From NCBI GenBank assembly GCA_963701965.1, contig OY969695.1, forward strand, positions 2,048,001-2,112,000: 64,000 nucleotides of DNA, given 5' to 3'. Position numbers and translations under genes: made by a program. Positions 19,292-28,992 of this stretch are shown piece after piece; within the stretch, counting starts at the first letter, position 1, and every line of letters begins with the position of its first letter. Below the pieces are notes generated by a model. That model was not told where the DNA came from, made no database searches, and saw nothing but the letters and a program-made list of their open reading frames with translations. This DNA comes from an uncultured Gemmatimonadales bacterium (lineage in GTDB: Bacteria > Gemmatimonadota > Gemmatimonadetes > Gemmatimonadales > Gemmatimonadaceae).

Positions 19292-20412
19292 AAACGGTCG
19301 GCATCGTCTCCCTCGTGGTCGTGGGGCTGCTCGCGGCCGGGATCATTCCCCGACTGCAGCGCAAACAGGAGTTGGAAGCCGAAGCCGCATCCATCCACGG
19401 TGCCCCACGGGTGAACGTCGTGGTCGTCGGCCACGGCGCGGCGACGTCGAACCTGGCGCTTCCCGGCTCGATCGAAGCGCTGCACCAGACGCCGATCTAT
19501 GCACGGTCCACCGGATACGTGGCGCGGTGGATGACGGACATCGGCGCCCGCGTCACCAACGGCCAGTTGCTAGCCGAGATCGAGTCGCCGGACCTGGATC
19601 ATCAGGCGGACCAGGCCAAGGCCGACCTGGCCCAGTTGAACGCCAACCTGACGCTCGCCAAACGCACGCTCGTGCGGTGGCAGGAGATGGCCAAGGACTC
19701 GGTCGTGACGGAGTTCGACGTCGACACGAGGCAGGCGGCGTATGACGCCGCGGTCGCGTCGCTCAAAGCGGGGCAAGAGAATTACGGGCGCCTCGCACAG
19801 TTGCAGCGCTACGAGCGCGTCGTAGCCCCGTTCACCGGGGTCGTCACCTCCCGCAACGTGGACAACGGCACGCTGGTGACGGCGGGGACGGCGGCGGCCA
19901 CGCCGCTCTTCACGGTGGCGGGCACCGATACCGTACGCATTTACGTCAGCGTGCCGCAGAGCGCCATGTCGCTCGTGCACCCGGGGCAGACGGCCGAGGT
20001 CTCGGTAGGAGAGTTGGCCCAGAAGGCGTTCCAGGGGAAGGTGATCCGCAACGCGCGGGCGCTCGATGCGGGCTCGCGGACGCTGCTCACCGAAATCCAG
20101 ATCGCGAACCCCAAAGGCGAGCTGTTGCCGGGCATGTACGCGGACGTCCGGTTCCTGATCACGAGCACGGACCCGACGATCGTCATTCCCGCCAACGCGC
20201 TCGTGGTGCGCAGCGACGGACCGCAGGTCGCGCTCATCGGGCGCGGCGACGTCGTGCACTATCAGAAAGTACAGCTGGGCCGGGACTTCGGGAGTCAGGT
20301 GGAGATCACCTCCGGACTGGAGTCAGGCGCGCGGCTGGTCGTGAACCCGGGCAATGACATCCGCGAAGGGGTCACCGTGGCGGCGCTGCCCCTGGTCACC
20401 GATACGAAGTAA
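19288..20412 (+). CDS. RND periplasmic adaptor (membrane fusion protein)
   Basis: IYARSTGYV..DIGARV, APFTGVVT.RNVD, LLPGMYA; ATGA overlap. Confidence 0.93.
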   Translation: MKTVGIVSLVVVGLLAAGIIPRLQRKQELEAEAASIHGAPRVNVVVVGHGAATSNLALPGSIEALHQTPIYARSTGYVARWMTDIGARVTNGQLLAEIESPDLDHQADQAKADLAQLNANLTLAKRTLVRWQEMAKDSVVTEFDVDTRQAAYDAAVASLKAGQENYGRLAQLQRYERVVAPFTGVVTSRNVDNGTLVTAGTAAATPLFTVAGTDTVRIYVSVPQSAMSLVHPGQTAEVSVGELAQKAFQGKVIRNARALDAGSRTLLTEIQIANPKGELLPGMYADVRFLITSTDPTIVIPANALVVRSDGPQVALIGRGDVVHYQKVQLGRDFGSQVEITSGLESGARLVVNPGNDIREGVTVAALPLVTDTK

Positions 20413-21100
20413 CGTCGAGCCGCGCTTTCACCGCGGCCCGGCGGCGCTCGCTGATCTCGAGGCGGGTGCCATCGCGCAGGATGACCGTGTGCCGCCCCCG
20501 AAGCTCGCGGATGTGGGCCACGCTCACCAGCGCCGAGCGATGTACCCGCACGAAGAGCCGGGGATCGAGCTCGGATTCCAACAGGCGCAGCGACCGGCGG
20601 ACGAGATGAGATCCCCCTGGGACGTGCAAGCGCGCATAGTAGTCATCGGCCTCGATCCACGCGATCGTGTCCACGGTCACGATCGTCGTACGCGAGCCGG
20701 AGGCCACCAGAAAATGCGCGCGATAGCCGGCGTCACTCGTCGCCACTAACCGGCGGGCGCGATCGATCGCGCGAAAAAACCGGTCATCCGTAAAGGGCTT
20801 GACGACAAAATCCAACGCGTCCGCGTCAAAGGCGCGCACCGCGAACTCGTCGAACGCGGTGACCAACACGACGGCGGGCGGACAGTGGGGGACGAGCGCG
20901 CGGAGCACGCCGAACCCGTCGAGATCCGGCATCTGAATGTCGAGCAACAGGAGTTGCGGATCGTGGGCCCGGACCGCGGCGACCGCTTCGATGCCGTTGC
21001 CACACTCGGCGACCACGACAATGTCACTGTAGCGGGCCAGCAACCCGCGCATGACGTCCCGCGCCAGCGGCTCGTCGTCGACGAGGACCGCCCGGATCAC
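20396..21100 (-). CDS. LytTR family response regulator
   Basis: VDDEPLAR, LDIQMPDLDGF, TAFDEFA, FVRVHRS; GTGA overlap with kinase. Confidence 0.92.
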   Translation of the reverse strand: MIRAVLVDDEPLARDVMRGLLARYSDIVVVAECGNGIEAVAAVRAHDPQLLLLDIQMPDLDGFGVLRALVPHCPPAVVLVTAFDEFAVRAFDADALDFVVKPFTDDRFFRAIDRARRLVATSDAGYRAHFLVASGSRTTIVTVDTIAWIEADDYYARLHVPGGSHLVRRSLRLLESELDPRLFVRVHRSALVSVAHIRELRGRHTVILRDGTRLEISERRRAAVKARLDVTSYR

Positions 21101-22086
21101 GTCGCCCGCACCGGTCGGTACGGGAGTTGAATCGCCGCGACCGCCCCGCCCTCGGGCGCCCGCCCCAGCGACAGCGTGGCCGCCTTGCCGCACGCATGCA
21201 GCAGACGGGCCCGCGTGGCGGACAGACCGAGGCCCGGCGCGGCGCCATTGGGGCCGGGACCGTCGTCGGTGACGGCGATAACGACGCGGTCGCCATCGCG
21301 GAACGCCGAGATGGTAATGCGCCCGGCGACGCTCGACCGCGCGATCCCATGCCGCACGGCATTCTCGGCCAAGGGCTGCAACAGGAGCCGCGGGACGGCC
21401 GCGTCCTCGGCTTCGGCTGCGATCCGCCATTCGACGCGCAACCGGTCGGAAAACCGCACTTGCTCGATCCCGAGATACCGGCGGAGAAAGGCGATCTCCT
21501 CGCGCAGCGGGACTTCCTCCGGCGCGCCCCGCGCGAGCAGCGCCCGCAGCAGATCGCTCAACTCCGCGATCACCAGAATCGCGCCATCGTGATCCCGCGC
21601 ACGGACGAGCGCGCCTACGGAATGGAGCGCGTTGAACAGAAAATGCGGGTGGAGATGGGCGCGCAACGCGGCCAGCTCGGCCCGCGCCAGCTGCGCTTCG
21701 CCCGTGCGGGCCCGCCCGAAGAACAGGATCGCCACGTATAAGGCGCCCGCAATCGGCAGAAAGCCAATGGTCACGCGCGCGAGATACGCGGGCCACGGCT
21801 GGAGCAACGCCGCGCGGGCCACGAACACCGTCGTGGTCGCGTACACGGTCCCCCGCAACGCCGACGCGACCAGGATCGCCGCGGCGTGGAGCGCGTAGGC
21901 GCGCGGGTAGCGCGCCCCCAGCCGTAAGACGACGGGTGTCAACGGCACCCACAGGTACCACTCGGCCAGGGCCGGAACCAGCGCCCGGAAAGGGACCAGT
22001 GCTGCGCCGCTCAAGTAGGCGGCGATCTCGACGTCGAGCGCCATGAGCCATGCCGCCAGCGACCACACGCCCATCACGAACCACAT
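21097..22086 (-). CDS. LytS-type membrane sensor histidine kinase
   Basis: TM N-term, HLHPHFLFNAL, RFSDRL, LLQPLAENAVRHG. Confidence 0.92.
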   Translation of the reverse strand: MWFVMGVWSLAAWLMALDVEIAAYLSGAALVPFRALVPALAEWYLWVPLTPVVLRLGARYPRAYALHAAAILVASALRGTVYATTTVFVARAALLQPWPAYLARVTIGFLPIAGALYVAILFFGRARTGEAQLARAELAALRAHLHPHFLFNALHSVGALVRARDHDGAILVIAELSDLLRALLARGAPEEVPLREEIAFLRRYLGIEQVRFSDRLRVEWRIAAEAEDAAVPRLLLQPLAENAVRHGIARSSVAGRITISAFRDGDRVVIAVTDDGPGPNGAAPGLGLSATRARLLHACGKAATLSLGRAPEGGAVAAIQLPYRPVRAT

Positions 22087-22120
22087 GCGATCAGCCTACC
22101 GGCCGGTGCGGGACCCGGCA

Positions 22121-22171
22121 AGCATCGCCAATGGCGTTCCCTGCACCGTGACCGCCGTTGCCAGCATCGCC
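22121..22171 (+). promoter_or_regulatory. Three 9-bp repeats with 21-bp period, candidate LytTR operator
   Basis: AGCATCGCC 22121, TGCACCGTG 22142, AGCATCGCC 22163; TACGTT -10 at 22196. Confidence 0.55.
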
Positions 22172-22207
22172 GCTCCCCGCAGCCGGTCGCGGTCGTACGT
22201 TGGGCTC

Positions 22208-22893
22208 ATGTGGCTGCCTCTGATCACCATCGCGCTCACGCTGCACGCGGACAGCGCCCGCGCCTACCTGGAACGCGCCGCCGACGCCCTCGGCGGCCGT
22301 GAAGGCCCCTGTCACCGACCGCGCTCGCCGACGGCGTGACACTCTATCAGGGCGGTTACCAAGCCACCCTGGTCAAACAACGCGACGACCTCGTGGTCAT
22401 CGAGGCCCCGGTGTCGTCCGCCCGATCGCGCGCCGTGATCGCCGACGCGGCGACGCGCTATCCGGGCACCCCCATCCGCGCCGTCATCTCGACGTCGCCC
22501 ATGTGGATGCACATCGGCGGTCTCGCCGAGTACGCCGCCCGCGGGATTCCCATTTACGTGCTCGACACAAACGCGGCGATCGTCACCCGGCTGCTGAAAG
22601 CACAACCGGCCGCCCGTCGCCCCGCGATCCGGATCGTCTGCGACACGATGACCGTGGGCGCGGGTGACAACCGTCTCCGACTCATTCCGGTGCGCGGCCT
22701 GCACGGCGCGGCCCAGATGTTCGTGTACTGGCCCGCGCGCCGTTTGTTGTACGCCAGCGACATGGTGATCCCGCCGACGGCCGAGCCCGTGTTCACGGCG
22801 GCGTACAAGGCCGAGTTGACCCGGACGATCGCGCGACTCGGCCTTCCCGTCACCACCGTCTACGGCCTTCACATCCCCGCCAGCGCCCGCTAG
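22208..22893 (+). pseudogene. Secreted MBL-fold-like protein, internally deleted and split across two frames
   Basis: Signal + AADALGGRE in one frame; LADGVTLYQGGY..VVIEAP..PIRAVIST..HIGG in another, joined near 22305. Confidence 0.65.
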
Positions 22894-22903
22894 CATAGGG
22901 GCC

Positions 22904-24193
22904 ATGCGCCTCGCTCTCCTCTCTGTCTTGGCACTAGTCGGGGGCGAACCCCAGACCCCGCTCGCAGCCGACATCGACAAGCTGGCCGCCCAGATCGACG
23001 CCAAGGTCGTGGCCTGGCGCCGCGACATCCATCAGCATCCCGAGTTGGGGAATCGGGAGTTTCGGACGTCGAAACTCGTTGCCGATCACTTGAAGAGCCT
23101 TGGCCTCGTGGTCCGCACGGGCGTAGCGCACACGGGGATCGTGGCGATCCTCAAAGGGGACCGTCCCGGTCCGGTCGTCGCCCTGCGCGCCGACATGGAC
23201 GCGCTGCCGGTGGCCGAGCAGGTCGACCTGCCGTTCGCGTCGCACGAGCACACGATGTACAACGGGCAGGATGTTGGCGTCATGCACGCCTGCGGCCACG
23301 ACAACCACGTGGCGATTCTCATGGGAGTGGCCGAAGTGCTCGCCGGCGTAAAGCACGAGTTGCCGGGCACCGTGGTTTTCTTGTTTCAGCCAGCCGAAGA
23401 GGGCGCGCCTGACGGCGAGGAGGGCGGCGCGAAGCTCATGCTGGCCGAGGGCGCCTTCGACAATCCCACGCCGAGCGCGGTGTTTGGGTTGCACGTGGGG
23501 CCGGGCCCGATCGGGCAGATCACGTACCGTCAGGGTCCGCTCATGGCCAGCGCCGACAAGTTCACGATCGTCGTGCACGGCCGCGCCACGCACGGCGCCC
23601 GGCCGTGGAGCGGAGTCGATCCCATCGCGGTGTCGGCCCAGATCATCACGGGCCTGCAGACCATCGTCAGCCGGCAGATCGACCTGACGACCGGCGCCGC
23701 CATCGTCACCGTCGGCAGTATTCACGGTGGGATCCGGAACAATATCATTCCCGACAGTGTCGTCATGCTCGGCACGATGCGGGCGTTCGATTCGACAACG
23801 CGACGGGAGTTGCACGAAAAGATTCCGCGGACCGCGCAGATGATCGCCCAGAGCGGCGGCGCCACGGCGGACGTGCAGATCGTCGATCAGTATCCGGTCA
23901 CGGTCGACAACCCGGCGCTCGTGGCGCGGATGCTTCCCACCCTGCGCCGCGTGGCGGGCGACGCCAACGTAGTCGAAAGGCTGCCGGTGACCGGGTCGGA
24001 GGACTTCTCGTTCTACGCCAACCGCGTGCCGGGATTCTTCTTCTTTCTCGGCGTCACGCCACCCGATGTCGATTGGCGGACGGCGCCCGTCAACCATTCG
24101 CCGAAGTTCTTCGCCGACGAGCGCGCGCTGCCTATCGGCGTGCGGGCGCTGGCCCATCTGGCGGCTGACTATCTGTCAGGCACCACGACCTAA
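22904..24193 (+). CDS. M20D family amidohydrolase, secreted
   Basis: HQHPELG, RADMDALP, MHACGHD, FQPAEEG, SEDFS, NHSP. Confidence 0.95.
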   Translation: MRLALLSVLALVGGEPQTPLAADIDKLAAQIDAKVVAWRRDIHQHPELGNREFRTSKLVADHLKSLGLVVRTGVAHTGIVAILKGDRPGPVVALRADMDALPVAEQVDLPFASHEHTMYNGQDVGVMHACGHDNHVAILMGVAEVLAGVKHELPGTVVFLFQPAEEGAPDGEEGGAKLMLAEGAFDNPTPSAVFGLHVGPGPIGQITYRQGPLMASADKFTIVVHGRATHGARPWSGVDPIAVSAQIITGLQTIVSRQIDLTTGAAIVTVGSIHGGIRNNIIPDSVVMLGTMRAFDSTTRRELHEKIPRTAQMIAQSGGATADVQIVDQYPVTVDNPALVARMLPTLRRVAGDANVVERLPVTGSEDFSFYANRVPGFFFFLGVTPPDVDWRTAPVNHSPKFFADERALPIGVRALAHLAADYLSGTTT

Positions 24194-24937
24194 CAAAAGC
24201 CGCTCGACTTGTTCCCGGCGGCGCCGCCCGATGGGCAGGGTGGCGCCGCTGGCGAGCACGGCGACGCGCTCGCCATTGGGGAGCGTACGGAGCTCCCGGA
24301 CATAGTCCGCGTTCACGATCGCCGACCGGTGAATCCGGACGAATCGCGCGGGGTCGAGACGCCGCTCGACGCTGGCGAGCGATTCCCGGATGACATATGT
24401 CCGATCACCGACCGAGACTGTGGCGTAGACATCGTCCGCCGTGATCGACTGCACTTCGTCGCACGGCACCAGGACATCGCGATTCCCGATCCGGACCGCC
24501 AGTCGACGGGCCGCGCCACCCTCGGCGATGAGAGCGCCGAGCCGCCTCGCGGCCTCCAAATGGCGGGTACCGTTCACGCGGGACCGCGCGTACTCCACCG
24601 CGACCGCGAAGCGGTCGGGTGTCACCGGCTTGAGGAGATAGTCGATCGCGTGGACGCTAAACGCCCGCAACGCGAACTCGTCGTACGCCGTGATGAAGAT
24701 GACCGGCGGCATGCGATCCACGCCCCACTCGCGCACGACGCCAAAGCCGTCCAGCTCCGGCATCTGCACATCGAGCAGGACGAGATCCGGGGCCAGCGTG
24801 GCCAGCGCTTGGAGCGCCTCCCGTCCATCGCGACACTCGCCGACGCAACGCAGGTCGCCGTGGGTCTCCAGCAGTTGCCGGAGCGCGCGGCGCGACAGCG
24901 GCTCGTCATCGGCGACGAGCACGCGGATGTCAGACAT
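24176..24937 (-). CDS. LytTR family response regulator
   Basis: ADDEPL, LDVQMPELDGF, AIDYLLKP, FVRIHRS. Confidence 0.92.
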   Translation of the reverse strand: MSDIRVLVADDEPLSRRALRQLLETHGDLRCVGECRDGREALQALATLAPDLVLLDVQMPELDGFGVVREWGVDRMPPVIFITAYDEFALRAFSVHAIDYLLKPVTPDRFAVAVEYARSRVNGTRHLEAARRLGALIAEGGAARRLAVRIGNRDVLVPCDEVQSITADDVYATVSVGDRTYVIRESLASVERRLDPARFVRIHRSAIVNADYVRELRTLPNGERVAVLASGATLPIGRRRREQVERLLLGRGA

Positions 24938-24939
24938 GC

Positions 24940-25995
24940 TCAGACATACGGCATGGTGATCGTCGCCACGGCGCCATGCGTCCGATCCCCGGCCGCCAAC
25001 GTCACAGTGGCATCGCCGTACAAACGCGCCAACCGCTCGCGCGTGTTGCGAAGACCGAGGCCGCCCCGGATCTCGGGGTTGGGGACGGGACCGTCGTTGC
25101 GCACGGTCAACACCAGCCGGTCGTCCGTACGCCGCGCCGCGATCTCCACCCGGCCGGCCTCGGTCCGCCGCGAGATGCCGTGCCGGATGGCGTTCTCCAC
25201 CAGCGGCTGCAGCACGAACATCGGCACGCGCGCTTCCCGGAGCGCGTCCGGCACATCCCACGTGACGCGCAGGCGATCGGAAAACCGCACCGCCATGATC
25301 CCCAGGTATTTCTCCAGAAAGACGATTTCCTCGCCGAGCGTGATCTCGTCAGTCGTATCGCCGGTCAGCACGGAGCGCAGGAGATCGCTCAGCAGCGAGA
25401 GCATGTCGAGCGCGCCGCGGGTTTCGTTGTCGCGGACGAGCGCGGTGATGGCGTTGAGCGTGTTGAACAGAAAGTGCGGGTGCATCTGGGCGCGGAGCGC
25501 GCCGAGCTGGGCGACGGCCAGCTCGTTCCGGAGCCGGGCGGCTTCTCTCGCTCGCGCCACCGCGTACCCCACGCCGACAATGGAGAAGTACGAGAGCACG
25601 ATGAGTGGGAGTCCGGTCACCCACCAATCAAACAACTCGATGCCGAAGCTGTGGTGCGGTGGCCGCGCCCACCACCCGCTGACGCACGCCACCGCAGCGT
25701 AGAGCAGGCCCGCGACGAGGCTGGCCGTCAGGTGCAGGATCGCGGCGCCGGCGCGTCGGCTCCGCGGACCATGGTCCAGGGGAAAGCGGCGGCCCAGCGC
25801 GATGACCACCGGTGTCAGGGCGGCCCACACGTACCACGCGGGCGCTTCGGAGACGAGCGCCCGCCACAATGCGATATCCTGGCCGTTCACGTGCGCAAAC
25901 GTGACGGTCTCGAAGATCGAGAGGAGCGCGGGCACGGTCCACATCGCGAAGACGACCCGCCACCGCACGAGCGTCTGTTCCCCCGCATCGTCCAT
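24940..25995 (-). CDS. LytS-type membrane sensor histidine kinase
   Basis: AQMHPHFLFNTLN, RFSDRL, LQPLVENAIRHG, GLGLRN. Confidence 0.92.
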   Translation of the reverse strand: MDDAGEQTLVRWRVVFAMWTVPALLSIFETVTFAHVNGQDIALWRALVSEAPAWYVWAALTPVVIALGRRFPLDHGPRSRRAGAAILHLTASLVAGLLYAAVACVSGWWARPPHHSFGIELFDWWVTGLPLIVLSYFSIVGVGYAVARAREAARLRNELAVAQLGALRAQMHPHFLFNTLNAITALVRDNETRGALDMLSLLSDLLRSVLTGDTTDEITLGEEIVFLEKYLGIMAVRFSDRLRVTWDVPDALREARVPMFVLQPLVENAIRHGISRRTEAGRVEIAARRTDDRLVLTVRNDGPVPNPEIRGGLGLRNTRERLARLYGDATVTLAAGDRTHGAVATITMPYV

Positions 25996-26076
25996 GACGA
26001 CGGATAATAATGGCGCTCTTGCGCCTGCGGCGTTGGCGCCGAATCTTGGGGGCCCCTTGCCCGCCGTAACGCCCCC

Positions 26077-26508
26077 GTGACCGAAACAGACCAGGACTAC
26101 TGGTCACCGCTCCTCCCACGCGACCCGGACACCGGGTTTCCCGTCGCGTGCCGCGCGGGGCCGTTCATTTTCGTGGCCGGCGTCTCGGGCTTGATCGCCG
26201 CGTCGACCGCGCCGCCGGGGCACGCCCGCGCGCAGTGTCACAACGCCTTGGAGGCCCTGCGCCGCGTCCTGAACAGCGTGGAGGCGGGGCTCGAGGACGT
26301 GTGCCAGATGACGGTGTATGTCGCCCGGGAGGACGACCGCCCCGACGTGACGGCCACGATGCGGGCCGCGTTTGTTCCCCGGTTGCCCGCGGCTGCTTTC
26401 TTTACGGTCCCTTTGCGCGGCGAGGAGCGGGTCCGCGTCGCGGCGACGGCCGTCCGGGGCAATGTCCCCGGCGGGCGCCGCCGGCGGGTCCTCGGGACGT
26501 TGACGTGA
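26077..26508 (+). CDS. Divergent Rid/YjgF-fold protein
   Basis: AGPFIFVAG, AQCHNALE.L..VL...GLEDVCQMTVY; lacks PAR arginine. Confidence 0.7.
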   Translation: MTETDQDYWSPLLPRDPDTGFPVACRAGPFIFVAGVSGLIAASTAPPGHARAQCHNALEALRRVLNSVEAGLEDVCQMTVYVAREDDRPDVTATMRAAFVPRLPAAAFFTVPLRGEERVRVAATAVRGNVPGGRRRRVLGTLT

Positions 26509-27284
26509 ACCTGGTCGCGTTCCTCGGCGCGCAGGTACGCCAGGCCGGGGCCGCGACGATCAGCGGGGTGGCGGCCATCGGCGGACTCGTGCGCGGCATC
26601 GCGACGCCGCAGCGGGCGGGGTGGCTGTGGCGGCGGGTAGCGCTGCAACAGGTCCGGTTCACGGCGGTCCAGGCCATCCCGCTGGTCGCGACCATCGCGG
26701 CCTGTCTTGGGGCCACCGTGTCCCTGGGCGCCCACGCCCGCGCGGCGCAGTTCGGACTCTCCGAGGAGCTGGCGCGCACCCTCGGAGTCCTCGTCGTCCG
26801 GGACGCGGGGCCGTTGCTCGCCGCCGTCATCGTGACCGCGCGCTCGGGCACGGCGATCGCCGCCGAGGTCGCGACCAGCCGGCTGCTCGGCGAGACGGAC
26901 GCGTTGGCGGGCATGGGGCTCAATCTCATCCAGTTCTACGTGCTGCCGCGCATTGCCGGCGTCGCGGTGGCGACGGCCATGCTCACGATCTATTTCGTGG
27001 CGATCACGCTCGGCGCCGCGGTGGCCACGTCGGCGCTCCTCGGGATCGCGACAGTGGCCGACTACACGGACACGCTGCGCGGGGTGCTCCATCCGGACGA
27101 TCTCGCGTGGTCGGCCGTTCGTGGCGCCGCGTTTGGCGCCGGCGTGGCATGGCTCAGTACGCTCGTGGGACTCCGGGGACGCGGCGGGCAGGCGGACGTG
27201 CCGCGGGCCGTGACGCGCGCGGCGGTGCGGTCGCTGGTCCTCCTCGCGTTCACGTCCGCGGTGCTCGCGGCCATGTGGGCATGA
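26505..27284 (+). CDS. mlaE: MlaE family ABC permease
   Basis: VRDAGPLLAAVIVTARSGTAIAAE, DALAGMG.N, LPRI, V.RAVTRAAV. Confidence 0.85.
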   Translation: MNLVAFLGAQVRQAGAATISGVAAIGGLVRGIATPQRAGWLWRRVALQQVRFTAVQAIPLVATIAACLGATVSLGAHARAAQFGLSEELARTLGVLVVRDAGPLLAAVIVTARSGTAIAAEVATSRLLGETDALAGMGLNLIQFYVLPRIAGVAVATAMLTIYFVAITLGAAVATSALLGIATVADYTDTLRGVLHPDDLAWSAVRGAAFGAGVAWLSTLVGLRGRGGQADVPRAVTRAAVRSLVLLAFTSAVLAAMWA

Positions 27285-27946
27285 CGAGCGCGCTCCGGAT
27301 GGAGGGCGTGCTGCCCCGCGGGAGTGTCGTCGAGTGGACGCAACCCGCCGACTTCGCGATCGCCGAAGGGACGTTCTTCGTGATCCGGACGACGCCGGGG
27401 CGGGCCGGGGCGACCGTCCGGATGATGCTCGGTTTGGAGGAGGCGACGGCGGGGTCGGTCGAGACCCTCGGCGAGCCGTTGCAGGATGCGTCGCGCTCGG
27501 TGGTCGAGCGACTCCGGCGCGCGGTGGGCAGTGTGCTGCAGCCCGACGGCCTGCTGGGGACATTTTCCGTCGAGGCCAACCTGGCGCTGGCGGCGTCGGC
27601 GCGGGGTGGCCTCCGGCAACGGGAGGCCGAGGACGCGGCGCGCGAGATGTTGGCGCGGTGCGGGGTGCCCGGCGCGCATGCCCAGCGCCCCGCGGCGTTG
27701 GCGCCCGACGTCCGCCAGACGGCGGCGCTGGCGCGGGCGCTGATCGGCTCGCCCCGGTTGCTCCTGCTCGATGATCCGGTGGCCGCGGTCAAATCGCGCT
27801 CGGCCGTCGCGCTCTACCGGCTGTGCCGCGATGTCGCGCCGACGGTCGTGATCTTGACGCACCGGCGCAATGACGTCCTGTACGACGTCGCGGACGAGGT
27901 GGCGTTGTGGGATGATCGCGGGTTCCGTACGGACCACGCGGCCTGA
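27281..27946 (+). CDS. MlaF-like ABC ATP-binding protein, degenerate
   Basis: SVEANLAL, ALARAL..P.LLLLDDP; no Walker A GKT and no LSGG. Confidence 0.7.
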   Translation: MTSALRMEGVLPRGSVVEWTQPADFAIAEGTFFVIRTTPGRAGATVRMMLGLEEATAGSVETLGEPLQDASRSVVERLRRAVGSVLQPDGLLGTFSVEANLALAASARGGLRQREAEDAAREMLARCGVPGAHAQRPAALAPDVRQTAALARALIGSPRLLLLDDPVAAVKSRSAVALYRLCRDVAPTVVILTHRRNDVLYDVADEVALWDDRGFRTDHAA

Positions 27947-27948
27947 CA

Positions 27949-28842
27949 ATGGCGCGCCGCGATCGGGGGGACTTGGGGCTGGGATTGGCCGTGCTGGCGG
28001 CGGCCGCCATCGCCATCGGGGCCACCATCTGGCTGTCGGCGCCGTTGCGGCATGACAGCGGTCAAGGGCCGCTGTATGCGGACTTCGCGCAGCTCGACGG
28101 GCTGGGTGTTCAGGCGCCGGTCATCATCCAAGGCTTCAGGATCGGGTCGGTGGATGCGATTTCGCCGCATGACGCCGGGCGGCGGGGCGGACAGCTTCGG
28201 TTCCGCGTGCGCATGACGGTGCAGTGGCAGTTGGCGGACAGCACGCGGTTGCCGCTCAAGGAGGGCACGCGGGCGATCATCCAGTCGGCGCTCGTGGGAT
28301 CGCCATCCATCGTGCTGGTGTCGCCTCCCGGTCGCGCCGGACGGTTGGGGCCCGGCGCCGTCATCGAGGGCGTGGTGGAAACGTCGCCGGTCACGCGCGT
28401 GCTGGCGCTGGCCGACAGCATCAGCGCGGAGTTGAGCACGACACTGGTCAAAACGCGCGCGGCGTTCGACTCGCTCGGCGTCGTGGCTGGCGTCGCGGCG
28501 CGCGGCGTGCGCACGACGGACGCGGCGATCCCCGGCCTCGTCAGTGGCGTCGCCCGCGACGTCGCGTCGCTGGACAGCGCCATCAGTGGCCTCCGCGGTC
28601 TCATGAGCTCCACGCAGTCGACCACCGACTCGGCACAAGCCGTCCTCGGCGAGACCCGCCGCGCGGTCGCCGGGCTCTCGCAATCGGTGAACCGCCATGA
28701 CGCCGAGATCGCGCACATCATCGCCAATCTCGATACCACGTCGGCGCTGCTGCAGGACTTCGTCCGGCAAGTCGAGGCCAAACCCACCCGCCTACTCACG
28801 GGCGTCAAACCGGCGCCCCAGTATCAGAGACCGCTGCACTAG
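27949..28842 (+). CDS. mlaD: MlaD/MCE family protein with helical tail
   Basis: N-term TM, F..LDGLGVQAPVIIQGFRIGSV, C-term P.RLL.G. Confidence 0.85.
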   Translation: MARRDRGDLGLGLAVLAAAAIAIGATIWLSAPLRHDSGQGPLYADFAQLDGLGVQAPVIIQGFRIGSVDAISPHDAGRRGGQLRFRVRMTVQWQLADSTRLPLKEGTRAIIQSALVGSPSIVLVSPPGRAGRLGPGAVIEGVVETSPVTRVLALADSISAELSTTLVKTRAAFDSLGVVAGVAARGVRTTDAAIPGLVSGVARDVASLDSAISGLRGLMSSTQSTTDSAQAVLGETRRAVAGLSQSVNRHDAEIAHIIANLDTTSALLQDFVRQVEAKPTRLLTGVKPAPQYQRPLH

Positions 28843-28992
28843 GCGTTGCTTCGCAACGCCGGTGCAGCCAGTTGGTTTGAAAACGCGGCGGCCGAGCCGC
28901 GCTGAGACGCGTTGCTTCGCAACGCCAGTGCAACCCGTTGGTTTGAAAACGCGGCGGCCGAGCCGCGCTGAGATGCGTTGCTTCGCAGCGCC
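28843..28992. repeat. 66-bp tandem repeat (about 2.3 units) with two hairpins per unit, REP/BIME-like
   Basis: GCGTTGCTTCGCA starts at 28843, 28909, 28975; hairpins GCGTTGC-TTC-GCAACGC and CGCGGC-GGCCGA-GCCGCG. Confidence 0.9.

Noticed and set aside
20396..22084. Apparent long N-terminal extensions (also 24176-25261, 29731-31179, 50608-51621, 55127-56872)
   Set aside because: Extensions are off-frame reads of neighbouring genes; real starts lie downstream
28843..28992. Mini CRISPR array (palindromic repeats, GTTTGAAAAC motif)
   Set aside because: Intervening segments are near-identical rather than unique spacers, and there are no cas genes or leader
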